Made by a program: the position numbers and the translations under genes. From Camelus dromedarius (taxonomy: Eukaryota), in contig NC_087437.1 in NCBI RefSeq assembly GCF_036321535.1, positions 114,392,001 through 114,456,000 on the forward strand: a stretch of 64,000 bases of DNA, written 5' to 3'. Below, piece after piece: positions 23,960 to 37,021 of the stretch (within the stretch, counting starts at the first letter, position 1; every line of letters begins with the position of its first letter). Under the pieces are notes generated by a model. The model made no database searches. It saw only the letters and a program-made list of their open reading frames with translations, and had not been told where the DNA came from.

Positions 23960-24470
23960 ACTTTTGGAGAACAGAATTAAATAGGTAAACCCAACAAGAT
24001 GAAATTTAGTAAGGGTAAATGAAAGTCCTGCATTGAGACTTGAAAAATCAATTTCATAATTACAGGATGGGGCAGCTTTGGTTTGCTGGCATGCCTGTCT
24101 CCCCAACTAAGCTGTAAGCTTTTTGTGGGAGAAAATTGAAGGGATTTAGTTGACAGCAAGCTCACAATGAAACAAAAGCATGAAGAGACACACACTGTAA
24201 GTGGCATCCTGACAATGTAGCTTATGATCAGAATGGCGAGGGAAGCAAAACCACATCATAGGAGTAACTTTTGAGAAGATGAGTGACTTAGCCTGGAGAA
24301 GAAAAAGCCTCAGGGAAGTGATATCAATGTGGGGGCAGGTGAGCAACTTCAAGTGTCTGAAAGGCTGTCACGTAAAAGAAGAAATGGACTTGGCTCCAGA
24401 ATTAGCAGGGGTGGGTGATGGCTCCAGGGAAACTGACTTCCGCTGTTATAAGAAAGCTTTTTCTAACACC
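23960..24470 (+). mobile_element. CR1/L3 LINE RT-region fragment
   Basis: AACAAGATGAAATTTAGTAAGGGTAAATGAAAGTCCTGCA, TTAGTTGACAGCAAGCTCA and TAGCCTGGAGAAGAAAAGCCTCAGGG are L3/CR1 landmarks. Confidence 0.8.
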
Positions 24471-26009
24471 AGAGACACTGCTCTCAACCTCAGCTGCATA
24501 TTGGCATCATGTGAAGGCTATCATGTAATACTGATGCCAGCATCATCCCCAGAACAGGCCTCCTGGCAGCAAGGACTTTTGTGAAATTTACCAGGAGGTT
24601 ACATTGGACCACCGTCATCGCATCCGTTGGACTGGCCGAGCTGAGTGAGTGGACTCACAATGAATTGACTCACCCATCACCAGAGGGGTTCAGACAAGAG
24701 TCAGTATTGTGATTATAGAGAGGTCCTGCAGTAAGTGAGGGAGCAGAAGAGCTTTAAGACCCACTCCATGACCTGCAGGTTCAAGGGTACAATGATTCAA
24801 TCCCATCAGACAACAGAGAAGGACTAGGAGATACCTCATTGCCGAGGGAGCTGTGCCCGACGCGCGGACCATGCTTTTCCCCTCTCCAGCCTCCTGGGTC
24901 AGACACCTGGATCCCCTCCTCTCCATGATGCGAGTCTCTCAGAGTGGACTTCCTTGCCCAAATGGGCAGTCTGAGTCAGGGAATAATCTGTTTGGAATGG
25001 TTGAGAAAATGGAAAGTTTAAGGGGGGGGGAGGGAGGTACTTAAGCCCATGACCTGGGTATTTGAAGTTCTATGACCTTGTTTCCACAGAGGCTCTCCTG
25101 TCTCCTCACCTTCTACCCACCGAGTCCCCAGCCCAACTCCACACCCTTACGTCAAGCTGAATTGTTCTCCCTTTCTGGGCCGCCTTCCCTTCAATGCAGA
25201 CAGCCAGTGCTGCCCACCGCTCGCTGCTGGTAAGGCAAAGTCCTCATGAGGTATTTCATTCTTTTAAGTCAGAGCCTGGATCTCAAAGACCTAATTCTTT
25301 GCCCCTTTCTGAGCTCTCCAGTTCTATTTCTAGACCTTCCTTTTAATGAGGTATAGTAATGTATTAAAGCATTCCAGCTGTGCTACCAGCAGCAGGAATA
25401 TAAGAAATAAACCATATTGACCGTACATCTGCCAAAACTGCATTTCACAAACAGAATCCTTCCTTGTTTTCTTGTATCTCCCATCAGGTCTTCTCTCCCA
25501 CAAACCAAGAGCAGATATCTAGCATATATCAGGTAAATATCTTTATTTTTCCACATGAAATTGTGTTTAATTGTTTTTCTGCTTTCAAATAAGGGTCTCC
25601 CTCATATTGAGCATTGACCAAGACAGGCAGCCAATGAGAGAAATTTTCTGGTAATTCGAATACAGATTAAAGAGGGAAAAATTGTTATAAATCACACGAC
25701 TGTCTTCTGAAGACCCAGTGTACATTATAAAACTTTCCCTGTTCATTTCAAGCAACTGTTTAGCTCATCAATGCTTTATTTGTGAAAGCAAATGCTTAGC
25801 CTTACAAAACATCTATTCAAACACCAGTGACTCAGAACTCTGGGACTTTCCTGCTTGTCTGGGAATTATGTTTATGATACAAATGCTGAGTTAATAAAAG
25901 CCTGCCTTCCACGCGTCAAAGACCTTTACGATCTTAAAGAAAAAAGCTGCACTTGGCTGCTCTTCCTCTGCTATGTAAATGACATCTGTGAGGTTTCATT
26001 GTACTTGAA

Positions 26010-26330
26010 AATGACCAATCGGAGGATTTTTATGGCAGTGAAACTACCACTGTATCCACTGCAATGGCGGACGCGTGTCATTGGTCCAAACCTACAGAAC
26101 GTACAGCACTAAAAAGGAGCCCTAAAATAAACTGTGGACTCGGGGTGATGGTGATGCATCAGTGCAGGTTCATAAACTGTAACAGAGGTACCCCTCTGGC
26201 AGGGGGTGTTGATAATGGGGAGACCGTGCATGTGGGAGCAGGGGCTGTGTTGGAAGTCTCCAAGCCTTCTGTTCAACTTTGCTGTGAACCTAAAACTGCT
26301 CTAAAAAGCAAAGTCTAGTTAAAAAATAAA
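26010..26330 (+). mobile_element. L1MC-type 3' end
   Basis: GGATTTTTATGGCAGTGAAACTAC...TTTGCTGTGAACCTAAAACTGCTCTAAAAA. Confidence 0.85.
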
Positions 26331-26774
26331 TAACCCATCCTGCTGGAAGTAGGCTCTTAATGCACTCATGGGCTCTGAAGGAATTTTGAAATGATGTTTC
26401 CTTTTGAAACACAAGAAAGTATAGGTGCTGCCTTTAGCAGTCAGTTTTCAGGGTATATTGTTACTTACTCCCCTGAGATGTTTACACCTGCTGGGCTCCC
26501 TACCTGGAAATCTCTTTCCCTATGTCTTTGCACGACTGATTCCTCCCTGTCATGCTGAACTCAATTTAAGTGTCATCTCCTTGGAGAAGCCATCCCCTTT
26601 TCTCTCGCTCCCCTGTCACCCCACCTGAAATAGCCCCCACCAGCTTGACGTCACACCAGCACGCTCCCCTTCCATCACTGCACCCCAGTTCTCCTATTGT
26701 GTGTAGCTCTTTGTCTTTCTTCTCCAAATTAAAGTTTTCCCAGTGCTTGGAAAAGTGTAGTTTCATCCCGTAAC

Positions 26775-27119
26775 TTTTTTGTATTAAAGTATAGTCGATT
26801 TACAATGTTATGTTAGTTTCTGGTGTACAGCATAGCAACTCAGTTACATATATTTATATTCTTTTTTCATTATAGGTTATTACAAGATATTGAATACTAA
26901 ATGAAGTAAGTCAGACAGAGAAAGACAAATATTGTATGATATCACTTACATGTGGAATCTAAAAATATGATACAAATGAACTTATTTACAAAACAGAAAC
27001 AGACTCAAAGACATGAAAAACAAGCTTCTGGTTACCGAAGGGGGAAGGGGCAGTGAGGGATAAATTAAGAGTTTGGGATTAGCAGGTACAACTACTATAT
27101 ATAAGATAGATAAACAACA
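26775..27119 (-). mobile_element. Young L1 3' end with inverted 5' segment
   Basis: About 26775-26897 is antisense terminal 3' UTR with the T-tail at left; about 26897-27119 is the upstream 3' UTR segment in sense orientation. Confidence 0.88.
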
Positions 27120-30100
27120 TTCCATAATATTTATTGAGAGCCAACAAACACTAAAGGGAGGTATCTGTCTACATCACCAGGATACTGCCCAGATGACGTG
27201 CCGTCTTCCTGGGGCACCTGTGGCCTCCCTGTGGCCTGCTACGAGGTGGGCATCTAGGGAAAGAGAGACCCAGGCAGCCCCATCACTGCTGGGAGAGTCT
27301 GAAGGAGGTGGCGGGGACAGCACGGCTGACCCAGGTGTAGCAGTTTCCTGTCCAGAAACAAAATGTCCTCCCTGCTAAGAGTTTCAATGAAAGACTCTCA
27401 TCCCTGGCTTAAATGCAGGCTTGTCTCCTCCAGCTCAACCTAAGAGGACTGCACCTCAAAGCCACTGAGCCTCCCTACCCAGGAATCCGGTGGGGATGTG
27501 CCAGGGGGCCAGTGAATCAAAAATAAAATCACAGGTGCAAAGTTTAGGATGTTGTATCTTTTCCAAAGGAGATCACCATCTAACAGGGCAGCTACAAACT
27601 CCCCAACGCCATGTCACAGTGATGGAGCCAGAAAGAACCCTTGAGAAATCCCGATGTGAGCATTCTCACTGGAATCTCATATACAGATACATGAAATAGA
27701 ATCGTACAGGTAAGAAATCACATATCCTACTACATCATTAACTATACAGACTATACAAAGTACATAACTTAATAAAATACATTATATTATTGTATTTTAA
27801 TTGTGGTATAGAGAGATTATTTTATATGTAGAATGTGGTCTCTCTCTATGTATATGTTAATATTAGCCATATATTAACACCCCTCTACATCCTCACCCTT
27901 GACCAGACAGTATCCCATTGCATGTTGACCTTGGGCTCTGCCATGGGACTTGCCTTGGCCGGGGCATGTGGGTGGAAGGAAGTGTGCAGCTTCCTTTGTT
28001 TCCATTCTCCTCCTGCACCTCCTCCATCTCCAGGAGAAGAACATGCTTCAGCTTACCCTGTGGTTAACCTCCCAACCCCAGGAGAGGACGAGAGATACCT
28101 AGAGCAGGACCATCCTAGCCACCTGGCCACGCCAACAGACACAAGTGCAATCATGATTAATTATAGTTCTCGGTCACTGAGTTTTGGGGTGCTACGGCAT
28201 GGCATTTATATGGTAAATGATGGCTGATACACAGGGGATGTGGACATGTCTTCGTAAAGACCTGAAGTATCCAGCATACATCTGTCAGTTTGTCTTTTCT
28301 CACTGGTCTCCACATCAGCCTTCCAATCCCTCAACAGGTATTTCTGTGTTTTGAAATTACATGTGTATGGAGAAATTAGCAAACACCCACAACCCCCTCT
28401 CCCATAACTGCTTCCTATTTTAACATCCGTCATATATACGTCAAACCAGTCTTGGTATACAAGATTCCCCATAAAGTTGAAGTCTGCTCCGAGGCTGGGA
28501 TCCCCTCTAACCCTCTAAACCACCAAAGTTGAACCAGCGAAGTCCAACACTTCCCCCCACGCTTTCCCTACTTGCCATGTTGTCCACAGCATTGGTCCAT
28601 TTGGAGAAGGTGGGCAGGAGCTAGAAGAGGACTGAAAGGGGGCAAAGAACAAGGGGAAAAACATCATTCAGAAGTTAAGAAACTGCACTGTCCCTTGGTT
28701 AGGAACCATAGAAGCTACTCCTTGTTATAGGGACATCATGTCCTGAGATATTTACAAAGATTGCAAAAGGGATCAAACATCATCACTCCCTCAGGAAAAC
28801 AGCTTAAAAACTCAATGAGGCAGTTTATAAGCTCACAAGTCTCCCAAGCAATCAGTGGAAAATTTCTTTGGAGGTTCTCTGATTCATTGGCCAACTCCCA
28901 AGAATACACACCGACACACACATACTCACAGCTACATCCAGAACTTCTACAGCTCACAAAACTTACCCATTAGGTGAGACTTGCTAAGTCCCCTTGCTGA
29001 GATGGGACTCACCTCTAGTATACTTTTCCCCAAAGCCCATTATCCGTGTCACCTCCCTTTGTCACAATCTACTCCTCACCACCAAGCTACCAAAACGTGC
29101 GCGGTGGCTACAGCCACGGTGGAGAAGCCAGCACTCACATGTTCCCGGGGCGGGAGGGGGAAGGGGGTATGTGTTTGGTTTCATCAATGCACTAGACTGC
29201 ACACAAGGGAGAGAAATGAGCAAATGCAAGGGCAGTTTCTTTGATCTTCAATCTGGAAATAAAACAGATCGACATGAAGCAACGAAAAGCCAGAAGTGGC
29301 GAATGAGAAACCGCAGCTTGACTCTCAGAAACAAACATCATTATCAAGTTTTTGTATGTCCCCAATGGCCCCTAAAAGCCCCATTTCAAAACAAACCAAA
29401 ACTATGGCTGGAGCTGAAGAGGCTCTTACACTAGGTGAGCCTGTGGCCTGGGTGAGAGTGACCCTCCTACTCAGCTCCCCTCATCCAGCAGCACTCACAC
29501 CTGCCAGCTTCACCGGAACATCACTCAGCCCAGCCACTCTTTTCATCTTGGCAGCCTCTGGGAGCCTTTCGCCAAGGTTCTGGGCCCTCTCAGTCAACAT
29601 GACCAATTCCACATCCTTTTTTTAATTACTAACCGTTTCCCCTTGCAGCCAGCCCTGAAATCCCTGCTTTGATCTGCCTGACACGTCACATGGTGTGTGC
29701 TTCTGAACACAACCCCCTCTGTGGCTGACTAAGAACCAGGGAGGCTGGCAGACACACACACAACTAAGGAAGACATTTCCTGTAGACACAAGAAAAAGGG
29801 GAATTCTACCGGGAAATCACTGGTCTTAAGCAAAGAATTCATTTTGTTCATTCATTCTATATTTATGATTGATAGTCTACTGGTATATGCTGAAAAATCA
29901 GATTACAACAGTGACCATGAATTCCCTACATCCCATCCAATGAGAGGGTCCATAACTTGTTTAGTTCAAGAAAAAATGTGATTCTGAAACCAGGACATTC
30001 TGATGAGCTGAATTAATTGCTTAACCAAGAAGATGCACAGACAGGTTCTTTTCCAAAGGCACTAAGGCATCAGCAGATCCTGACCAAGTCAGAGTGGCTT

Positions 30101-31619
30101 GTGATGAGATGGCTGTCTTGCAATCAGCACCAAGGACATGAGCAGGTGCCCTTCATCCAGATCCACCTTCTTCCTGGGACCACTCTCTATACAAATAGCC
30201 TTTCTGACATTTCAAACTGGCTTAACGATAAGACAGAAGTATTTCCAAGGGCACACGTACAAATCTGTTCTCTCCCTGGAGCCTGACAGCAGATGTTTCC
30301 AGGGAAATCTGAGGGCAAGCACTGTACTGAATTTAACAAAAATAATTGAATTTTGGTGTCTACCCTGAGGATCAAAAAGAAAATTGCCATTACCAGACCA
30401 ATTGCCCATCCGATCTTAACATCAGCTGAAACCGGCCACGTGATTAAAAACATTAAATAACAAATGATTTGCCTTTATTAAACATTTATTTCGTTTTTAC
30501 TTAATAAAAACATGAAGCTTTTTCCTTTGCACAGCTTAAGATGCAGGTAAGCCAAAGGTCGTCTTTCCTTCCTCTTGGCAGCCCCTCCACATCCAAGTCG
30601 GTAATGCCCATTCCACTGCAATAAAAAAAGTACCATGTCGACTCCGCTTCTGCTGAAATTGCTGTCTGGTGCAAAGATCAAAGGGGCCTTTTCCCCCTGC
30701 AGATTACTTGTCTACAGTTCCCTGGCCGCTCAGTGTGGTCTCAGCTGCTCCCACTTGTCCCACGCTGCTTGGGAGTCAGCAGCCGCCTGGAACTTGCAAC
30801 TCTGCGATTGGGCTCGTGATGACAGTAATTGCCAGTCTGTTAAGTCACCTCCAACCAAGAAGGAAAATGCCCTCCAGACACACTTCTCAGACCCACGTGA
30901 AGAGACAGGAATGAATTCAGTGAAAGAAAATTATCCGGTCCTGTTTATACAATGCCACTAAGACCAACAGGCTTTTTTTCTTTTTATTAACAGGATTAAA
31001 CACTGCTGGGCCACAAAGGTGGGACAAAGGTCCTTCATCTGTTCCCTCAAGTGGCCAAGTCCTTGACTTCTTTTGACCACCGGAAGCCCACAGAGAAGCA
31101 ATAAGTCCTTGAGCGTTTCCCATCTCCCCAAGGTATTATTGGGCTGGAGATGCATTTAGGAGGAAATCTGCCCAGGGAAGGGGCCACCTGAGTTCTTACC
31201 TGAAATGGAAGCTGTATTAGGTTTAAGCTGAGTTTCACCTCATTTCTTCACTCCCTTTTCTGTTTAAATTGGATTATTTTTGTCATTGTAGAAAGACAGG
31301 ATTGGCACGGCCAACGCATAGTCGCATAGTGTGTAAATGATAGTTTTGGCCTTGCTTCTTACCAATAAAGCCAGTTGGATAATTGGATAACTAGTCTCAA
31401 TAAATATTGACATGAACATTTTAAATATAATACCATGAGCATCTATACAACTTCAGAATTGTATGTGTATGCTAGATTATAATTATGTATGATTCCACAG
31501 AGATGTAAGGTTTAAAGAGGTGATATCTTGGCTAGTAATAAAATTTATCTCATTCATTAACTTAATTAAGTAATGTGCATCTACCTTAAATTTATGGACA
31601 ATATGTCCTTAGATACACT

Positions 31620-32610
31620 TGGGTGCTGACTGGAGTCTCTTGTTCCCAGCTCCACGCTCTTCTACGTCCTCCTCTCTGACCTGGAGCAGGAAGCCTGAAA
31701 ACTACATTTCCCAGTTTCCCTTGCCAACCAGCCCTCCGTTGGTTTCTCCCAATAGGAGGCACCAGCAGCAAATTGGAAGGTGGGAGTGAGGGAGATGCTA
31801 TTTTTCCATCTTCTAGAGGTGCCTCTGGCAATGGTGGCCACAGCATCAAAGGCTGGCAGTGTGGCTTCTGGGTTTCTGCTCAGTCAGCTCAGTTATAGCA
31901 GCAACAGTTTTGTGGCCCAGAAAACCAAAGCTGAGAGTCTCCCCATGTTCTCTGTGGCATCTTCAAGCCTAGGAGGATGGTGGCTTCCTGCAGTTACCAA
32001 ACTTTGGGTAAACTTGCCTCCTCCCCATTTTTTTCTCCTTCATCCCTCTCAAATCATGTACCAAATTCTCTGTACAAGCACACCTTTTATTGTGCCTCAC
32101 TGTATTGCTCTTTACAAACACTGCATTTTTTACAAGTTGGAGGTTTGTGGCAACCCTGTGTTGAACAAGTCTATCGGCGCCATTTTTTCCAACAGCATTT
32201 GCTCATTTTGTGTCTCTGTGTCACATTTCGGCAATTCTTGCAATATTTCTAATTTTATCATTACTATTATATTTATTATGGTGATCTGTGATCAGTGATT
32301 TTGATGTTACTACTATGACTCACTGAAGGCTCAGACGATAGTTAGCATTTTTTAGCAAGGAAGTATTTTTTAATTAAGGTATGTACATTTTTTTAGACAT
32401 AATGCATACCTAGTCAACTATGACATAGTGTAAACATAACTTTCACATGCACTGGGAAACCAAAAACTTCATGTGATTTGCTTTATTTATTGCAATATTC
32501 ATTTTATTGCTGTGGTCTGGAACCAAACCCACAACATCTTCAAGGTATGCCTGTACCAAATGTCTTCTTTGAGATACAGTGTTTTCTAAACAGAAAATTG
32601 CACTGATTGG
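31620..32610 (+). mobile_element. ERVL-class LTR (LTR41/LTR33-like) interrupted by a Tigger element
   Basis: GGAAGCCTGAAAACTACATTTCCCAG...CCAATAGGAGGCACCAGCAG is typical of this LTR group; the sequence appears to resume after 32555. Confidence 0.65.
32075..32553 (+). mobile_element. Tigger1 internal-deletion derivative (Tc1/mariner-pogo)
   Basis: TA|CAAGCACACCT at the left and AGGTATGCCTG|TA at the right form inverted termini with a TA TSD; contains Tigger1-type TTTTACAAGTTGGAGGTTTGTGGCAACCCTG. Confidence 0.9.
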
Positions 32611-33198
32611 AAACCGGTATTCATCCTACAAACAATTTACCCCTGTTAACTGCATTTGCAATGAAGCAAGTTTTAATCAGGTGGTTTAAAGACAAAGCTA
32701 AAGTCATTCCAATTCAGTCTACTGAATCCATGGCAGAATTAGGAATAAAATTTAGTTATACAAATCCTCCTTCCAAGACTCCATAAAATAGGCAATGAGT
32801 GGTGCGATCCCGTCTCCAAATATTTTTGGCTTGGCTTTTTGTTTGTTGGGTCTGGGTTTGTCCGTCCGGGTCAAATGCTGGCTTGCTGCAGGGGCTCAGG
32901 CATTGTCACTGAGTTTGCACGGCTATTCCCTGACCTAACAAGGCGGGTATTGGATGCCAGCACTTTGATCCATGCACATGCACAGGATATAGACATAAGA
33001 GCTTCCCAAACCAACTGGAAAGAGTCCCAGTGGGAATACTCCACGACATATTAATCAAAGTCAAGTGGCAGAGCAAATTGAACTGGTTCATTAATTATGA
33101 AAATTCTCTCACAAAGTGACATCTTGTTAACTACGTGGAAGCTCAGCCCATTTTCACACGGTCCTTTCTGTCTACTCAGATCTAAAATGTCACATTTA

Positions 33199-33576
33199 AG
33201 AGAAAGACAAATATCGTATGATTTCACTTATATGTGGACTCCAAAAAAAATTACACATTTTATTTGCAAACCAGGAATAGACTCACGGACATTGAAAACA
33301 AACTGCGGTTACCAGGGGAGAAAGGGGAAGGGAGGGATAGATTAGGAGTTTGGGATTAATAGATACACACTACTATATATAAAATAGATAAACAACAAGG
33401 ACCTACTGTATAGCACAGGGAAGGATATTCATTTCTTGTAATGAGTTGTAATGGAAAAGAATCTGAAAATATATATGTGTATGTATATATAACTGAATCG
33501 CTTTGCTGTACACATGAAACTAACATGGTAAACTGATGACACTTCAATAAAAATAAGAATTAAAAATAAACAAAAC
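33199..33576 (+). mobile_element. Young 5'-truncated L1 (3' UTR)
   Basis: TSD AAAATGTC(A/G)CATTTA at 33184-33198 and 33577-33591; AATAAA and an A-rich tail. Confidence 0.92.
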
Positions 33577-34998
33577 AAAATGTCGCATTTAGTGATGAAC
33601 TGAGGAGTTTTTTTCCTTGTTTAGGAAAAAAAGCTATTTTGTGCCTAACCCACATCTACATATAAGCCTGTGTGCTCGCCTATGCCCACTGTGTGGATAG
33701 AGGCAGCAGTCTGGGAGAAAGAAGTTTACGGTGTTAGGATCTGTTTTACAAAGATATATAGAAGGAATTAGGGAAATCAATGCTGATTATTTTAAACCCT
33801 TTAAATCCATGTCAGGTAGCCGCACACTTCAGCTAACTGGGAAAATGCAGCTGTCCTGCCGAAAGCTGGCCTTATTTCTCTAAGATTATCAGCCAAAATG
33901 GTGAAAAGAATCTGCCTTCTCTTCACTATCACTTAAAGGAATTTCAGTTCCTTGGTTCTTTTCTCCCTTCAACATGCAGGAATGAGAAGTTTAAGTCACT
34001 AAATGTTCCCTTTCACTATTCAGACCGTTTATATAAACTGAGATGGTCACTGGCCACTGACTTACCTCCTGTATGTCTCGTCTGCCTGATCTTATGACAA
34101 TGCCTGGTCCCTGGAGATACTTTCTAGGTCAGATAGTTTACTGATTTGGCTGCCATTTGACTTTAGCTGACAGAAGTTTACTTTTTTCACGTAACAGTCT
34201 AATCTTAAGTATTTAAAGGCTGCCATGCAGTCCACAACATCAGAGTCTCAGTTCTGTCTTCCTGCTCTGACACTCAAAATGGTTTCCATTTGGCCAGCTA
34301 TTGACAGGTGTACACCTAAGGCCAGTGCAAAGAGGCTAAGTAACAGTGATTGCCCACAGCGCTCAAGGTCAGATCCCACTGGCCAGAACTCAGTTTCATG
34401 GCATTCCTCGCCACAAAAGAAGATGGGACTGTCTTTGTCCTGGGCTACCATGTGCTCAACAATACTAAGGAAGCAGATGAGTAACTGGCCACCTCAGCCA
34501 CACTCTCCCTCTTGTTAAGGTGCAGTGTGTCCCTAAGTATTGGCAGAGAAGGCATAAAATACATAATTATAAAACGAACAAACAAACGAATGAATAGATG
34601 AAATCCTTAAGGGAGGGCTAATTTAAACAGATATGAGGACCGATTGCTAGGATGTTCATGGTTCGTTTTTTCATCAATTTCTCAGAAATGAAATTTAGGT
34701 TTAATTAGATAATTAAGTTGATTTAGAAAACATATGTTTTTATGGCAGAATCAGAATAGCGATGTAAATATCCCATGGACGACTCCATCATACTTTTCCC
34801 CAGCATTTCCCAAACTCATTCAGTCATGGAACACTTTCATCGAAGAACATCCACTGACAATTCATGAGACATTCATGAAGAACTTTCTCCTGCCTAAAAT
34901 CTTAGAAGAAAAATAGAATTCAACCCTTCATCTTCTCAGGTACGACCTTAAAGAAATCCACCTACACAGAGGCAAAATGTTTTTTTAAAGCAACAACA

Positions 34999-35298
34999 CA
35001 TGGCAAAACTACTCTGTGTAACACTATAATGGTGGATACATGTCATTATACATTTGTCCAAACCCAGAGAATGTACACCACCAAGAGTGAACCAGAAGGT
35101 AAATTACAACCTTTGGGTGATTACCATGTGTCAGTGGAGATTCATCAGCTGTAACAGCTGTAGCACTCTGGTGGGGGGTGTTGATTACGGAGAAGGCCAT
35201 TCATGTGTTGGGGGGGGGTATGTGGGAAATCCCTGTACATTCCACTCAGTTTTGCTGTGCAGTCAAACTTCTCTATAAAATAAAATCTATTTCTTAAA
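34999..35298 (+). mobile_element. L1MC-type 3' end
   Basis: ATAATGGTGGATACATGTCATTATACATTTGTCCAAACCC; TSD AAAGCAACAACA at 34987-34998 and 35299-35310. Confidence 0.9.
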
Positions 35299-36328
35299 AA
35301 AGCAACAACAGAGAAGTCTTTTCAGAGCACACTACCAGCAGTTCCATGGTGTCTTACCACGGCTACGAATAACTAGACAGGTTGACCTGCCACCTTATGT
35401 GACACCCTCACATCCCCAGTGACTTCCCAACGATCGTGGACAGCTGGAAATGGCAGGGACCTCCAAATATCATCGGAGCCATCCATCTGCCCTCAGATCC
35501 TGATGTCACTACACGACTGAGAGAAGACAACATCAGAACGAAACCTCCTGACATGATCTCATCTGCGCCCAGGGTCTGGATAACATCACTTCCACTTTAA
35601 GTAAACACTAAAAAGGGAAGGTTATTCAATCTTAGATGCACTATATTTGAGGACTAGGGGATTGTACCCAGCAGTCCCAGGAAATCTGGCATTTGTTTGG
35701 AAAACACATCTGGATTTTGAAAGGGCTTTGCCTAACCATACGGAGTATGCCCAAAGGCCTTTAAGGAAGCGCGCTTATGATATAGAGGATGCGACTCGGG
35801 TAGGAACTGTGACTGATGCTACTCTTGCTCAAAAGGGAAGTTAGTCCACTTCCCCTTTGAAACAGCTTCTCAGCAGCAGGTGGCCACCAACCGCTCAGAA
35901 AGCAGGCACATGAACATAGCTGTCTTGAAATTCCACTATTTTGAAATGATTCTCCCTTCATCCATTAAAAGGGTATGGGAGTGAGGGCAGAGAGAGTAGA
36001 TTTTTAGTTGATAATAGTCTGTTATAATTACAAAACTCAATATGTCACAGAGAGACAGGGTCATTTCTCCCATTTTGAAGACATGTTATAAAATACTTGT
36101 ACTAATTAAAAGCTCAGTGTTGGAGACCCCACTCTAAGCAGCGGGGGGAGACTTGAGGAGGAAGTCAGTTGAAAATAGTTTGCAGCAATCTATGAGCCAA
36201 ACATCTACACTTTTCCACTGCAGTTTTCTCTTTTCCACCGAAGAAATCTTTTTTTTTTTTTTTTTGGTCTCAAGTTTCTACATTTAGCCTAGAAACCTTC
36301 CAGACTAGGAGATCTTTTTTCTAAATTC

Positions 36329-36565
36329 TTTTTTTAAAAATTGAACTATAGTTGATTTACAATGTTATGTTAGTTTCAGGTGTACAGCAAAGTGATTCAG
36401 TTATATATATATTCTTTTTCAGATTCTTTTCCATTATAGTCATTATAGTTCCCTGTGCAATACAGTAAATCCTTGTTGTTTATCTATCTTATATATAGTG
36501 GTATCTGTTAATCCCTAATTTACCCCTTTCCACTTTGGTAACCACAAATTTGTTTCCTATGTCCA
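36329..36565 (-). mobile_element. Young L1 3' end
   Basis: TTGAACTATAGTTGATTTACAATGTTATGTTAGTTTCAGGTGTACAGCAAAGTGATTCAG, same family as the 13518 and 60891 copies. Confidence 0.88.
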
Positions 36566-36978
36566 CTAATGAACTCTGAGTCTCCAGAATTTTTTTTTAA
36601 AAGGTTATTTCTCAATTTATCTGGGAAGGAATCTGTTTTAATGAAATTAAGTCTAGTGATTGAGGAAAACTAGATAATAGAAATAATGGTACTAAATTTA
36701 AAAAGAAAAGGAAAAGAGCAAGATTGACATTGATTACGGTAAATATTAATGAAAAATGTGTGTTATTCAATGTAGTCACTGAGAGGATGGAAATATTTTC
36801 GAATGTGATTCATTCTTATTGAAACAGGAAGAGGAGCAAAAACATCAGCATCTGACAAGGCAGTTAACCTCGTGGAGGGGGAGCACCCTGTCCCCACGGG
36901 AGGAAAACTGCCCTCCTCCCAGCGGGGGCTGGACCAGCTCACTCCAGCCAGCAGCCTCTGGAGAAAGAGTCACGGAAC

Positions 36979-36983
<5 letters not shown>

Positions 36984-37020
<37 letters not shown>
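36984..37020. repeat. (AC)~18 microsatellite
   Basis: Read directly. Confidence 0.97.

Positions 37021-37021
<1 letters not shown>

Noticed and set aside
31780..32298. 172-aa ORF
   Set aside because: Lies wholly within an LTR and the Tigger terminal region; not the transposase.
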